Assembly: GCA_050084985.1 (NCBI GenBank) | Contig: JBITNC010000001.1 | Location: forward strand, 88,164,001-88,228,000 | Direction: 5' to 3' | DNA length: 64,000 nt | Source: Nageia nagi | Lineage: Eukaryota; Plantae; Pinophyta | Made by a program: the position numbers and the translations under genes | Notes under the pieces: model-generated | Database searches by the model: none | The model's input: only the letters and a program-made list of their open reading frames with translations | Told to the model about the DNA's origin: nothing | Shown: in pieces, positions 39,042-53,429 of the stretch | How positions within the stretch are numbered: the first letter of the stretch is position 1 | Layout: each line of letters begins with the position of its first letter

Positions 39042-41492
39042 TGTTAGGTTGTTGTGTATTTGAATACAACCTTAACAATCCTAATTACTATTGAGTCAAA
39101 TGAGAACTTATAGAAATAATAAAATAAATTAATCCACAAATGAGAGAGAAAAACATTAATAAGATTCACCCAATCCTTTTGGGCTACATCCTTAGAGAAG
39201 CATAATAGTATTATTTTATTTCTCCTCCAAGCTATAAACAAGAGATACAATAGTAGTAATACCTTGCTAAAAACTTCTCTTACACATAACCTCACTTTAA
39301 ATAGTATCACTCTCTCTAAATATGAAAAATATAAAACAATCTCATAATAAAACTCAAATAACATGCATACAATATTTCAATATTCTCTTTGACCATACTA
39401 TGACAAATTACATTACATAGGTTTATATAATGTATTACATAACTATTTATTACAAAAAAAAAATAATAAAATAACTATGTTGTTACATAGGCTTCCAAAC
39501 AATAGCCATAACCACACTCTACAAGATGCACATGTTGTTCATCTCAACTACATTATGTTATCATTTTCATATTGTATGTCATATTCACTTTATGTGAAAT
39601 CTCCAATGCTCAAATACAGTTATGAATTCATGAGTTAGGCTTGTGGAAGCACACTCTAACCTCAATATCTCCCACTTGGATACTATTACATAATAGCTAT
39701 ATTGCTATTGCATCCCTAAAAAAGCTTTCAAGGAAAAAGCAAGGATTTAGATCTCCTTTATACTATTTTGATCAAATGTTATATACCATCACTATGTCTC
39801 CTTTCCACTTCATGTGATCAAAGAGAAACCAAATAATCTACTAACACAAAATAATCATGATGATTGCACCATCATCTATGATAAGGTTCATACACTATGC
39901 ATAAAAATGTATCATTACACACATAATGTGTCTTACCTTACCTATATTATGTGATCCATCACTTAACTCCACAAAATAAATAGATCCATGCCCATATCCA
40001 TGGATATGTCCATTCCTTTCTTTCATAATTTGTAATAACTCCTAGTCATTGTAATGACCTTCAAAGGACAGATCAATGCATCTTATATCATATTATTTGT
40101 TATATTTATCTCACCTCTTCCTTCTTCTTATTTACATAACCAACAATTTTTCTTGACATGATTTTTCTTCCCATGTGACAACATTGTGCATTTCTCTTTC
40201 TTTTGGATCTAGAAATACCTTTTTCATTTATTCTTTTGTGATGATTTTGCCACATTCTTCCTTCACATTTCATGAATCAGGATTGCACTCACCACATCAT
40301 CAAAACTAAGGATGCCATACAAAGTAGAATTTGATTACTATGGTCAAACTCTCCCAACTTTATGCAAAAGAACATAAGAACAAAATGGCTTTCATTTCCT
40401 CTTCAATTTTCATCTTGAAAAAAGCTAATTGATTCACAAGAGAATTGAAATCACTCAAGTGGGTAGTTAGAGACCAATTCTATAGAAGTTGAATATTATA
40501 CAATTATTTTATAAGAAAGACCTTTTTTGAGGCTAAATGATTCTCGTAAAGATTTATTAATGCATCTATGATCCCCTTAAGGAAATAATGCTTGTTAGGC
40601 ACAACTAGATTGTTCCAAGTGCTTTTTGATCAGGGATATCCCACTTTTCATAAGATATTGTAGTTGGCTTCTTTATTTTTCCTTCAAGTAGAAAAGATAG
40701 GTCCTTTTGTTAGAGGTAATCCTCCACCTACATCTTCTAGAACTAGAAATTATGACCATCAAATATACTCATTCTGATTTTGCTTTCTTGTGCTATATAT
40801 CTCACTCAAAGTTAAATCTGCACTTCCGAATGCCAACTATCCAACAAAAAAATAGTTCTAATACCACTTGTTAGGTTCTTGTGTGTTTCAATACACCTTT
40901 AACAATACTAATAACTATTCCAATCAAATGAGAACTTATAGAAATAATAAAATAAAGCAATCCACAAATAAGAGAGATAAAAATTAATGAGGTTTAACCA
41001 ATCCTTCTAGGCTATATCCCTAGAGAAGCCTAATAGTCTTCCTTTATTTCTCCTCCAATCCATAAACAAGAGAAACAATATTACCAATAGCTTGCTACAA
41101 ACTTCTCTCACACATAACCTTACTTCAAATAATCTCACTTTTTTCAAATGTGAATTACATAAAATAATCTTACAATAAAACTCATACAAAATGCATGCAT
41201 CATTTAAATATGCTCTCTGATCATACTCTGTTAGATTACATTACAAAGATTTATATAATGCATTACACAACTATTTGCTACAACAAATAACAGTCAAATA
41301 ATTATGTTGTTACACAAGCTTCCAAATAATACTTATCACTATACTTTTTAATATGCACACATTCATATCAACTACATTTTGTTATCAAGGGCATATCATA
41401 TGCCATGTTCCCTTTATGTGAAATATCTAACACATCAAATAGAACTAAAAATTCATGAGCTAGGCTTGTGGAAATATGCTTCAATTTTAAAA
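39042..41492 (-). mobile_element. Short non-autonomous Copia-derived LTR element (gag remnant only)
   Basis: Direct repeats 39042-39667 and 40869-41492 (~625 bp); PBS-like GTTCTAATACCA at ~40855-40866; PPT reverse complement TCTCCCACTTG at 39668-39678; perfect TSD AAGAG (39037-39041 / 41493-41497); minus-strand gag start ..FDGHNF....VEDYL.QKDL at ~40700-40780. The internal region is only 1.2 kb. Confidence 0.9.
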
Positions 41493-43827
41493 AAGAGAAT
41501 TGAAAGAGGACATAGTTCATACCCTATGCTATGAGGATGAATAGGATGAAAGTTACATGGAAAAGGAAGACTATATAACTCATAGTGGAAAACTTGATAA
41601 GCAAAGAGGAGGACTTTAGGAAGCCTAATAATCATTTGAGTGTCATGGAGGAGGATAACCCTATGGTTAATTTTCCTATAATTCATATAATGAACAAGGG
41701 ATTATCTAGTATTATCATGGTGATAGAGAGCCTAGAGAAGGAACATATTCAATAATATCTTTGGAGTGAGGATGTAGTAGAGTGTAGTCCTACATTTGAT
41801 TTTTCTCATTAATGACAAGGAGATTGTAGAGGTTATTGGAAATATTGTAATCTTGGAAGAAGATGGTCTTATCGATAAGGTCATGATTGAAGAAGGAAGT
41901 TATGAAAATATATTAGATAAATATCATAATCTTTGAAATGGTTTCATGATTGTAGATATTTTTTTAAGGACTTGATAGAATTGTAAAGGAGATGACGTTA
42001 TTCATGGAGCTATTGGATGTACTCATCATGTCATAAATAGAATAATAAATTATCTCCTTGGTGTTATTATACTAGTAGTAAATAATAAAGACATCTATTG
42101 AGCAGCAGGAGTGGATTGCATGATGAATAATCTTAGAAATGAAGTTCTAAATTAGAAGATAAATTGGAAGAAGTGAAGGGGATTCTAGTTCATCGCACTA
42201 GATTCTTCTATACCAAGTGGTTCAAAAATTTAAAGAGATAGGGAGAATGATGTAGAGCATTTCAATGCATAGTTGTTTGAAAATAATTAATAGAGCTCAC
42301 CAGCTTTGTCTATTTACTATTGATTCTTATCAGCTGTTGAGATGGTGAATCTGTTGAGATAATCATGTAATGCATTTGTCTATATTTAGGATTTTGTTAC
42401 AATATATTAGAAGTGGATAATTTAATGCATATTGATAAGTGGTAGATAAATTGATAAGAGAGTTGTAGATAGAGGGGGTAAATGTAGATACAAAGACATT
42501 TTGTTGGGCAAAGGTCTTGGGATTACTATAATGGTCTTGAATAATTGATTGTAGGCATGTTTATGTTAACTTTTTATTTTTATGTTCTTGTCTCAATCTT
42601 TTGTCTTGCATTATTTATCTTGATTACCTTGTGATAGACACAAAGGTGTCTTCATCATTCTCCAATTATGTACATGTATCTCGAACACTCATAATCTAAA
42701 GCTAACATAAATATATTTTTAGAAAGCCCTTTATTTTTTTTTTCCACTACATATCTCCTAGCTTGGTGTGTTCTTAAGGATAATGGAAAGGTTAATTGAT
42801 ACAATTGGACTACTATTGTTTGTTGAAATAATACCAATGGTTTTTGAGGGAAACTATATTTTTTGTAGTTAAAGTTATCATTATTTCATGAATATACCTT
42901 TTATTTTTATCTAACTAGCTTAGATAGCTTAGACATATATTTTAGATATCTATATATATTTATAGATATTTAAATTAGTATTATATAAGTTGTTAAGGTT
43001 TAAGAAAGAAAGGATATTAGGTATACTTCTTTTTTTTTTGCTACATATTGCCCAACTTGATGTGTGCTCAAGGACACTTGAAAAGGTGAATTGATACAAT
43101 TGGATTACTACTATTTGTTTAAATAATACCAATGGTTGTTGAGGAAATTCATTTTTTTGTAATTGAAATTATCATTATTTCATGAACATACCTTTTATTT
43201 TTATATAACTAGCTTAGACATACATGTTAGATATTGATATATGTCTTAGATATCTAAATTGGTGCTGTATAAGTTATGAAGGTTTAAGAAAGAAATTATC
43301 ATTATTTCATGAACATACCTTTTGGTTTTATCTAACTGGCTTAGATAGCTTAGACATATATTTTAGTTATTGATATATGCTTTAGATATGTAAACTAGCA
43401 ACCAATAGCTATCTATAGGATAAATAAGTGGACTACTACATAACATGTATGCATGGTAGTGGGAATCTAACAAGAAAGAAAAACGAATAATAGCAAAGTC
43501 AACACATGATCAACTCAACTAACACCTCCAAATGAGTTAAGTGAATAGAAAGATTTAATACAAATATAATATTAAAGGTGCAATTATTCTTTTATTCTTT
43601 AAATAGAAGGGTACAAGCACTGCATGACACACCACCTTAAGAGAGCAAAAGAATTTCTCAAAGTTGATTTGTATATTTGAAAAGATAGTTCAACAAAGGA
43701 ATCGTTGTCGGTGACCTATGCTAACTCTCGCTTAAAACTGTTATTAGCAATGAAATCCGTGGTGAAGAGAAAAGGAGTGAGATCGTTTAAAAATGTTGAG
43801 TTGAGCTTAGGTGGGTGGTAAGTTGTT

Positions 43828-46059
43828 CTAGCAGGGCGGAAGATCTGACGGTGGCGGAAGGAGAGATTGAAGAGGTCCCTTGCCATTCTTCACAACCCAC
43901 GCCATCTTCAATCCCCAGCTGGTGTGAACCTCCAGATGGCAATGCATGAACCACACCCCTGACATCCACATTTACATTACTCTCCATCATCATATAAACA
44001 AATAACAAAATTGCAGTTCAAAGTACAACCTGGATTATCCGCTCTGAAGCGCAGTGCAACCCACCCGCCAGAGGGCACTCCCACCGTGTTACGCTCGGGA
44101 GGGTCGACGAGGTTGAACTGCGGCGCATCGCTTGATTCGTTGTAGTTGCCGAACCCCATGCCCACCACGAAGAAGTTGAACCCATGCAGGTGGAGAGGGT
44201 GGTTCTCCACGCCCGCGATGCTCGTGTCTTGCAGAACCAACTGCACCGTTGCGTTGAATGCCAGCACTCTCACTCTCGTCCCGTTCTTGGCGTTCGTGTT
44301 GTTGGGCTGATTCCCCGTGTAGTTGAAAGGGAACGGCGGATTGTCCGGAAAGTTGGTCCTATACACTCCTTTCTTCTGCCCGAAGTAGTGCGCTTGCAGC
44401 AGAGCAGTGGTGGGCAACACGAACGAAATGTTGTTGATGGCGGCGGTGAATTTGGTTCCGTTAGGGCCTTGACAAGTCTGCCCTTGTGGGCATGAGTTCA
44501 ATCCCAGACCCACCGTGAAGAAGAATTTCTTGTCCACTGTCTGCGGCACCAGTGCTGGAAACTGCGCATTTGCTAAGCTTCTTAACTTATTTGTATAGTT
44601 GGTCGCGGATGAGGTATCGTTCAGTGCTGGAAGGCTTGGCATCATAAAACTAGTGTTAGTAAGAGTGAGGTTGGAAACGCTAGCATTTGCGGTTAAGTTG
44701 GCGTAGCTCAGGATCCCTGCGACTGTGGAGTTGTCAAATGTTCCCTGGCCTGTGGCGTACGGAAGTGCTGCCATGTAGAAGTTGCTTGCATTAGTAGTGG
44801 GATTGGTTCTGAGGAGTACGCTTGTGGTTTGGCCTGGGGTTATCATGATGGTATTTGTCTGGAAGGGTTTGGTATAGACTGCATCCACCTCTACCACTGT
44901 CATGCTGTGATTGGCGATGCCGAAGAAGAGTTCGTCGTTGAGTGCCGCGTTGATTAGACGAAGGAGATATGTTTTCCCCGGGACAACATTCATCACAAAG
45001 GTATCTGCGCATCCACATCCAAATGCATAATCAGATCTGAATCTATACATCTAGGTGTGTAGCTCATATTATGTCTAGGGTTGAGTTCGTAGCATTACCT
45101 GAAATATTGGAACAGTTGTAAAGAGGCCCAGGAAGTCCGTTCATAGTGTAAGCATCGGAGACGTTGGGACCTGCTCCCGTCTGAAGAGATTGGTTTATCA
45201 CTTTCTCAGTGTCTGCATTCCACCATTCTCCTGCGTACCCATATTCTTAACTCATTAACATCATGTTGTTAAAACAAAGATATGTTAGAGCTGACATTCG
45301 TCTCATATCACTCTCACCAAAAATTATAGGAACTTCTGCATACGGCTTTCGAAATGGGTAGGACTGGTGGTGTTTGGGATAGATGATGAAGGCTCCGTAG
45401 ACAGAAGCCCTTATCCATGAAATGTGAGCGTGCCACCACAGAGTTCCTCTCTGTCTGGTGATGGTGAAGTTGTAGACGTAGGAGTTGCCTGTTTGAATTG
45501 GGCATTGAGTGACATAAGCAGGACCATCTGCCCATCCAGTTCTCAGTTGTCTAATGCCGTGCCTTCATTTTTATAGGTCAAATTCAACACCCATCAGTTA
45601 GGTATCTATACGTGACATAATGCTCAAGTTAACGCAATGCAGTTGGGAAATAGAATGTATCCCTTTCGTTACCAGTGAATGGAGACGTTGTCTTTGGCGT
45701 GGTTGGTGACTTTGATGAGGACGCGATCACCCTCGCGGGCGCGGATGGTAGGTCCTGGATACTTGCCATTCACCGTTACCAGAGGTTTTGTCTTGCAAAG
45801 GCGAGTTACGTTCTTCACCCTCACCTGCATTACATTAACAGAGTGCCATCCTTAATATCAATAGGACATATCCCTCGGAAAGGAACCACAAAATCAACAC
45901 GTCTTGTCTACTTACGTCGAATTTGTAATGTCTGGTTGTCTGCCAATGCATTGCTATGGCCGGGGTCACCAAAACAAAAATGCCCAACAAACATTGCAGC
46001 ACTAGCAGTTGAGGAATTCTGTCACAAAACAAAAAACAACTATCTCCTGATCTACCCAT
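43828..46059 (-). CDS. LAC: Laccase (multicopper oxidase, LAC2/LAC17-like), 592 aa. Exons 45916-46059, 45673-45824, 45318-45562, 45099-45230, 44030-45004, 43828-43958
   Basis: Exon lengths 144/152/245/132/975/131 sum to 1779 nt, in frame, with all introns GT-AG. All four Cu-binding motifs are present, the T1 axial residue is Leu, and there are many NxS/T sequons. [10 protein letters not shown] and CQGPNGTKF resemble the LAC2/LAC17 group (subgroup is inference). Confidence 0.96.
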
Positions 46060-46163
46060 CGCTTCCTCTCCTTTCTCTGTTTTTCTCGTCTTAGGCAATG
46101 GATAGAATGTAACAACACGGGATTCTTTTTTGCTGATGCAATACCACACCCTAAGCCTTTCAT

Positions 46164-46252
46164 TTTTATAGCAATATTGCAACGGGCGGTCATGGGTTGG
46201 TGCACAATTTTGTTACAGCGATGGCCTTGTGGTATGCGTAGCAACAAAGAAA
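46164..46252 (-). promoter_or_regulatory. Promoter of the right laccase copy (TATA, AC-II, SNBE-like site 46234-46252)
   Basis: Mirror of 16825-16913. The SNBE variant TTTCTTTGTTGCTACGCAT still fits the consensus. Confidence 0.6.
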
Positions 46253-47549
46253 TACAGAGTCTTCTGTCGGTCCTGTAAAACAGATGGGCGGTAGCTTTAA
46301 GCAGCTACAGGACCAAATAGAATTTTGACTGGCCGATTAGCAGGCATAAGGAGGAGGTTAATGATGGAGACCGCGGAATTAGCTCTTGGGGATGACCTCT
46401 TCTCTTTCCATTCCGTGTTTAGGGTGCACTGCAGTGAGTAGCCCATCGCTATTGAGATAAAAGCTTCCCCATCTTATCATTTTTCTAAAGTTGATATTCT
46501 CTGAACCCTTTTAGAATTGTTGAGAGAAATTATTGCTCTAATTTCAAATATATTTGATATTCACCCAAATAAAATTTAGGCTCTTGTGGGATTAAGATGA
46601 CCCCAATTTATTAGGGTGTAGAGATGTGTAGGGGTAACCGGAATCAATAATGTTCAGTTAAACCACTTCTAAGCGATAAATCAATCATTGAATAAATATA
46701 ATTAAAAAATAGTATTTTAAGTAATTTTGTTTTAGTATGTATAAGAATAATTTTAAAGGTGGATAACACATATTTTAATATAAACATTTGATTAAATATA
46801 ATTAAAAGATAACATTCTAGGTAATGTTGTTTTAGTATGTATAAGAATAATTTTTAAGTGGATAAAGCATATTTCAATATAAGTTGAAAACTAATTTAAG
46901 AGGGTTAGAAAAAGCCATAAAAAAGTATACAATCTCATAAGTCATAAAGCTTTAATAATAAACATCAAAAAATGAGCTAAGAAACTAAACCATCACTAAG
47001 TTTATGCAGTAAGAGGATATGCAAATTATTGATATCTTCCTCTATATAATGCCAAAGGTCATTAGTATCACCTGAATCATTATCACCAAGACTAATATTA
47101 TCACACGAGCCACTAGTACTACCACCATACTCCCAACCCACAAAATTGTCTAAAAGGCAATCAATCGAATGCCCCAAATATTGACATAATGAGAAGAGTT
47201 GATTGTAGGAATACCTTTCTAATTGTCAAATGGTGGGTTTTTGAGATCAATATTGCTCAAGTAAATTATTCCTCACATACAAAGGCAACAATCAATATGA
47301 TATCAATTTGTGAGAATTTTGAGACCTGGAGTATTCCCATGAAATAAATCTAGATGGATACTACTAACTACAAAAGGTACATTAACCCAATGATCAATGA
47401 GGGAATGTAGGTGGTCAACCTACATTTTAACCTTATCAACATGAATAAAGATCTAAAGTAAAAAAATCATTAAAAAATTACACAATTATCAGCTATAGTA
47501 AAATCAATAGAAGTAGCAAACTAAGAAAACATATCCTGGATACAAAGTT

Positions 47550-50500
47550 TTTAAATATGAAAAATGTTGGAATGAGAGCTCAATCGAAGACCATTTGAGT
47601 TGAAGAGCAAACCGATTGAAGTTCAACTAGACTTGCAAAATAGATCGGTCAAATTTGATAAGGTATAACATTTTGTAGAGATATGGAATTGAGTTGATTC
47701 TTTTTGCATTAGATGGTGCTCGAAGATACCTTTCCAATGAGTAGACACATGCTTACCTTTATTAAAGGTTTGACCATCATATTGGATGTTTTAAGACAAA
47801 CTATCTAGTTTACTATGTCTCACCCCATGCATAGTGCACCTCACACTTGATGTAGTACACCTTATCCCAAGCGCAATGTGCTTTAGAACTTCATCGTAGA
47901 TGTAGTGCACATCACTCTGGGTGTAGTACAGATACAAATAGATCCTTATGGGCTATTTTTAGCATATGTAGGATGTCATTTTTTTATATTCTAGTTTAGA
48001 TTAGATGTTTCTATTTTGGGTGTTAATTTCCCTTAGTTGTTGTTTGGCATGATAGGGTATTTTTAGAATATCTAGTTAGCTTTTTGGATTGGATTGTAAC
48101 AGGTTGTGATCATGCAATTTGAGTTTATATTTAGCACAATCTATTTATGGGTTTTTCCAAAACCTATATATGTAATGATTTTATTTTTCAAATCAATGAA
48201 TGTAAAATACTACTCATTTTGGTATCAAAGCTTTAGGAAGATCTATAGGGTTATAGTTAGTGGGTGAAATTGAAATAATTTATTAAATTCTTTCATAAAC
48301 TATGATTCATTATTTTTTTTATGTTGAGCAATATGGCTTCCAACAACAACACTCTACCCAACAACCTCTTGTAGTGTGAATGAGTTGCTTCTAGTTGAGA
48401 GTCCATCACAATGGAAGATTATTGTATAGCCACCATGTTTGAGGGTAAAGAAGTCCCAAAATTTGATGGTGAAGATTATGCTTACGAAAGCATAAGAAGG
48501 AAGACTTTCTTAATGGCCAAATATCTTTGGAGCATTGTAGAAAGCAACTATATAGAAACCCTCATATGGAACATATTTGGAAAAGAAGAAAAGAGGTTGA
48601 AAAAAGATGACAAATGACAAAATTACTTAGCTCTTATGGATTTGAGAAGAGGTATTGGAAAAGGTATTTTCCTACTCATTACAAGTTGTGGAATAGTTAC
48701 AAGTGCATGGAGGAGAATATGAGATGTTTATGGGTGTAATGAGGATACTTAAGGAGATTATTTGAGAAAAGAGGAGTCTTGTTTCCTTGAAGATCCTATT
48801 AGAGAATCTTATGGAGACTCATGTGAATCCATATATTATGAAGGCATGCATGGTAATGGATAATCCTTTCTTGAAGAGAAGGATGTGAAGGAGCCTAGTG
48901 TGAGACCTTGTGCAACTCTCATGGACAAGAGTCATGTGGAAGAACTTCTTCTTACATAGAAGAGAGGGTAAGGTGAAGCTTATTGTGTAACCCTCATTGT
49001 TGTATTCATGTCTTATAATAAAGGTATAATGATGAATTATTTATTCTAAATGGAATATGTTAAAAGGAAAAATTATGTTGATAAATATCTTGTAGGAATG
49101 ACATTCTTAGAAAGCATCCATATTGCCCATAAGGAGAATCAATATCTCATTGAAGAGATACACCTTCAGCATGTAGAAGAGGAGATATCATCTCAACCCT
49201 TTTTTGAAGTGTGATTCATGAAAGAATATTGGCTAGCCCAAGTTGAATACCTCCAATATGAGATAGATGTATAATTTCTCATGGAAGAGGGATAAGACCA
49301 CAAATTTGTTGATGGAGCATGTCTCATGAAGAGGACATCTACACCAAAATTAGAAGCACAACTTCTCACGTAGGACTATTATTTTTTGGTTGCATCCCAC
49401 TTCAATGAAGTGGAAGATCATTCAAATGGAATGATATATTATGAAAAACCAAATTTGAAAACTCACTCATTTAGAGTAAAATATTATCTTGTTGGAAAGG
49501 AAATAGATGAAGTTTTGGGAGCTGAGTACCCATATATTAGAAATTATCTAAAGGGAGAGAAAAGTAAAAGAGAAGGATAAACCCTTATGATGGAGTATTT
49601 CTTTCTTGAAGATTCACATTGAGTGGATGGATATTATGAAACTCACTCTTTTAGAGTGAATGATGATTATCTTAGAGAGGTAATATGGGATAATGATTCA
49701 AGAGAGATCATAGATGAAGAGGAGATGAAGATTATAAGTTTCATTCAAAATGGAGAATCTCACTCATCAAAAGTGAAGGATGTGTTGTGTGAAGAAAATA
49801 GCATAGGATAGTAACTCATTTGGGAGGAGAAAGATGCAATAGCAAATGAGATTGAGAATAAAGATGTAATAAATGTTACTGAACTTCAAGTTGTCATGAC
49901 TATGAAGGCATAAATTGATTGACAATATCACTCATCAAGAGTGAAGACTATTTTATGTGAGGAAGACTATCTTAAGGAGAAAATAAAACATAGTGAGATC
50001 ATTGATGGACTTCATGGTATAATGGAGACATCATCAAAGGAGATGGATGATTATCTTGAAGAGGAAATTATGGATGGAGATCACTCATATAGCGTGATAA
50101 CAAAGAGTTATCTTGAAGAGGGAATATTTTGCAAAGAGGAACCATGGGAGTTCCTTAATATAATTAAAAAAAATAGTTTCTTCAAGAGCAACATGGGATC
50201 TTACTCATCAAAGCATCATTGGAGGTGACGATTTCTTATTATTTATTTTATTAACTAATGATATTGATGATTATTTTTTGAGTATATATTTGAAGGATAA
50301 ATCTAAGCATATTATGAATGAAAAATATGGTATATTTCTTATTAAGACATCACTTGAAGATTATCTCATGGAGATAGTATTGCTAAAGATTCTTCCTTAG
50401 GAGAGGACAATGGTGGAGGGCTTGGGTCACTTGAACCAAAATGATGAAAATAAAGAGTGGTTATTTAAAACCAACTTTGATAATACTTTTGATTAAGAGG

Positions 50501-51398
50501 GAGTTTTAGCTCTCATCAAAAGAGGCACTTAGTTATCTGAAAGCAATAGCAACATCAAATATGGAGGAGATCCCACACCAAAGGTCAAAGGAGTGCTAAT
50601 GTGAATTTTTTGTGTTGTTTGATTTCTTATTGAAAGATTAAAGGAAATGAAAATGGTTAATTTTATTCCAAATTTATGATTCTTATGGACTTTTGTAAGA
50701 GTCTCTTCAACATAAAGGGGGAAAAAAATGGGATCAAAGCTCAATTAAAGACCATTGGAGTTGAAAATTAAAATAGTTGAAGATTAACTAGAATTACAAA
50801 ATATATCAATCAACTTTGAGAAGGTATAACATTTTTAATGAATACCCAATTGAGTTGATTATTTTTGCATTATATATGTCTCAAAGATACCTTTACAATG
50901 ATTATACATATGCCTACCTTTGTTGAGGTTTTGACCATCATATTGGATACTTTTTGATAAGTTATCTAGACTACTACACCTTAACCTAGGTGTAGTGCAC
51001 CTCACACCATGCATAGTGGACCTCATCCTAGGTACAATGTGCATTAGAAATTCATCCCATGTGTAATATGCCTTACTCTAAGGGTAGTACACTCTAAGAC
51101 CAAGTATAGTACATCTACAAATAGAGCTTGATGGGCTATTTTTAGCATGTGCAAGATGTCATTTTTCCATCTTCTACTTTAGATTAGATAATTTTATTTT
51201 TGGGTGTTATTTTTACCTAGTTGTTGTTTAGCATGATAGGGTTTTTTTATAATATCTAGTTATCTTTATGTATTGTATTATAACAAGTTGTGATCATACA
51301 ACTTGATTTTATATTTAGTATAGTCTATTTTTTGGTTTTTTCAAAACCTATATATGTAATGATTTATTTTTTTCAAATAAATGAAAGTAGCCTACTTC
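47550..51398 (+). mobile_element. Non-autonomous Copia-derived LTR element with gag N-terminus and an acidic repeat region, no pol
   Basis: 5' LTR (apparently 5'-truncated) ~47550-48216; PBS TGGTATCAAAGC 48220-48231; ORF 48411 (PKFDGEDYAY..RRKTFLMAKYLWSIVE, Copia gag N-terminus); PPT AAGAGGGAG 50495-50503; 3' LTR ~50504-51398, alignable to the 5' LTR from ~50720. Confidence 0.85.
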
Positions 51399-52499
51399 TT
51401 AGAAAAAGATGTTAATGCAAAAATTATTCTAAAATTTTATCAAATTATTAGAAAAATAAGGATTTCTTAGAATATCATGCTACTAAGAGAATGAATTGGA
51501 CATGTAAGGTTTGAAGAAGAAGTCAATCTAAATCCCTAGGTGGACTAACATTTGATTTGTTACCAAAAAAGATGAAAAAAATCCTTGGAGAAGCCAAAAA
51601 AAAATTTAAAAAAGGTATTATTAAATCCAAGATATATAAATTATTGACTAATATATAGACCATGGAATCATAGAATCTAGGAGAAAAGGGCTTTTTTAGG
51701 TTCAATAAGAGGCTCACACCATTTTGAACTTATGACTCCATCTAAAAGGTAGGAAAACAAAATCCCATCTCTTATTAACATTGGGATTCATTAGTAAATG
51801 AGGGAAAATCCAAGAATAACATATATGAGATTTATATCTAAGTAGAGTCTTATTATGAAATCACCCCCAATTCAATCACTATAGTCACTAAAAATTTCTA
51901 CCAAATTTAGGCCACATAGAAAAGGTAGGTCTTTCAAGATCTACATTATAAGTTCTCTTATCCTCAATTTTTAATTGAAAAATTCATTTAAAATTCTATT
52001 AAGGAAGGAAAATACTAGAATGAAATGAAAAGAAGTAAAAAATAATGTGAATTATTTTTCTATAAAAGTGTTATGCACGAATCCATTAAATTTTAGTCTA
52101 TAGGATTTCTTAATGAGTAATAATAGGGGATGACCAAATATTACTAAAGGAAATGGAAGCTTCCATTTTCTTTTCTCCCCTTTTCTAACAAATACATATC
52201 TTGAGTAACTCCCAAGCTTGCTTGATGCTTTTAATTGTCAAAATATATTTTATTTTTATATGCATAAGTGATGTAATAAGTGATTAAAAGTTGAATTCTT
52301 TTAGAAACAATTTTGTTAAGGGAGTGGTAAGTGGAAATATAATATCTAATACTAATATTTCAAGTCTCATACCAATTTATATCTCTAAGAATATGGTTAG
52401 TACAAACAGTAATTCCATGGTAATGAAAATCTAAAAAATCCATACAAATAATAAATTTCTCAAGCTATTTTATGAAATCATTTTGTTTGAGCCAAATTG

Positions 52500-53190
52500 G
52501 CTCATAAATAAATATGAATAAGTTTTCCTAAATCCTTATAATAAAACTCAAAAAGAATCAACCTTAAGGAATTATAAACACAGGTCAATGCTAGTATTTT
52601 AGAGCACTCTTGGAATTTTTTTAACCAAAGAGAGCTCATTTGTGACCTAGTAATTCAACTTATTTTTTATTTTTGAACTAAAAAATCCCATAGTTGAGTA
52701 GGAGTTCCTTGAAAATAAAAGGAATACAAAGGAATTTGAAGAAATCCTTAAGGTAAATGGAACATCATTTGAAGCAAGAAATCCATTTAGGTATAGTAAG
52801 AGGATATTGTTTGTAGCATGATTTTTTAGTACCATAATAAAATCCAAGATCAATACTAAGTTAGGGGAATGGAAACAAATGTTTGATTATGAGAGAATTC
52901 CATTTAGATGTATGTGATGCAAAGAAATAAGTAACTTGGATTCTCATTATCCTATGAAACAAGAAGTAAAGATAAAATTTTGTAATATTTGCAAGAACCT
53001 TGGTCATGAGGATAAAGATTGTAAAGAAAAGAATAAGAAACCTTGGGAAAAAAGTAGGGTATGGAAACTTGTAAGGAATAAGAGGAAAGTTTGACTCAAC
53101 CTATGGAAAATGGAAGGGGTGCTAGGGAAAAGTTTCAATGAAACACCTCTAGATCAACCCAAGTCCAAGAGATCCCACCGAAAATCCCTT
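52500..53190 (+). mobile_element. LINE ORF1 fragment
   Basis: WKQMFDYERIPFRC..C (~52869-52920) and CNICKNLGHEDKDC (~52981-53022) are CCHC knuckles typical of plant L1 ORF1. The fragment ends at the LTR starting at 53193. Confidence 0.7.
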
Positions 53191-53429
53191 CTTGTTAGTC
53201 ACATAATAACACTAAGAGGGGGTTAAATAAATGTCTTATACTTTAAACCTCAAACCCAAAATGCTTAAAATAATGCGGTAGAGAAATTGTAACAAAATAA
53301 GGTAAGCACACTAAGAGAAAATCACACAACACCAAATATAATGAGGGTCATAATTTAAACTACATCCTTAGGAAAAGACTACTTGGATCATGATCCAAAT
53401 CCATCCTAATGTAAAGCATCAACTTTACA

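Larger units (their letters stand above)
41841..49942 (-). repeat. Right arm of the inverted segmental duplication
   Basis: Mirror of 13141-21231. Near-identical from 41841 to ~49170, visibly more diverged from ~49170 to 49942. Confidence 0.97.
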
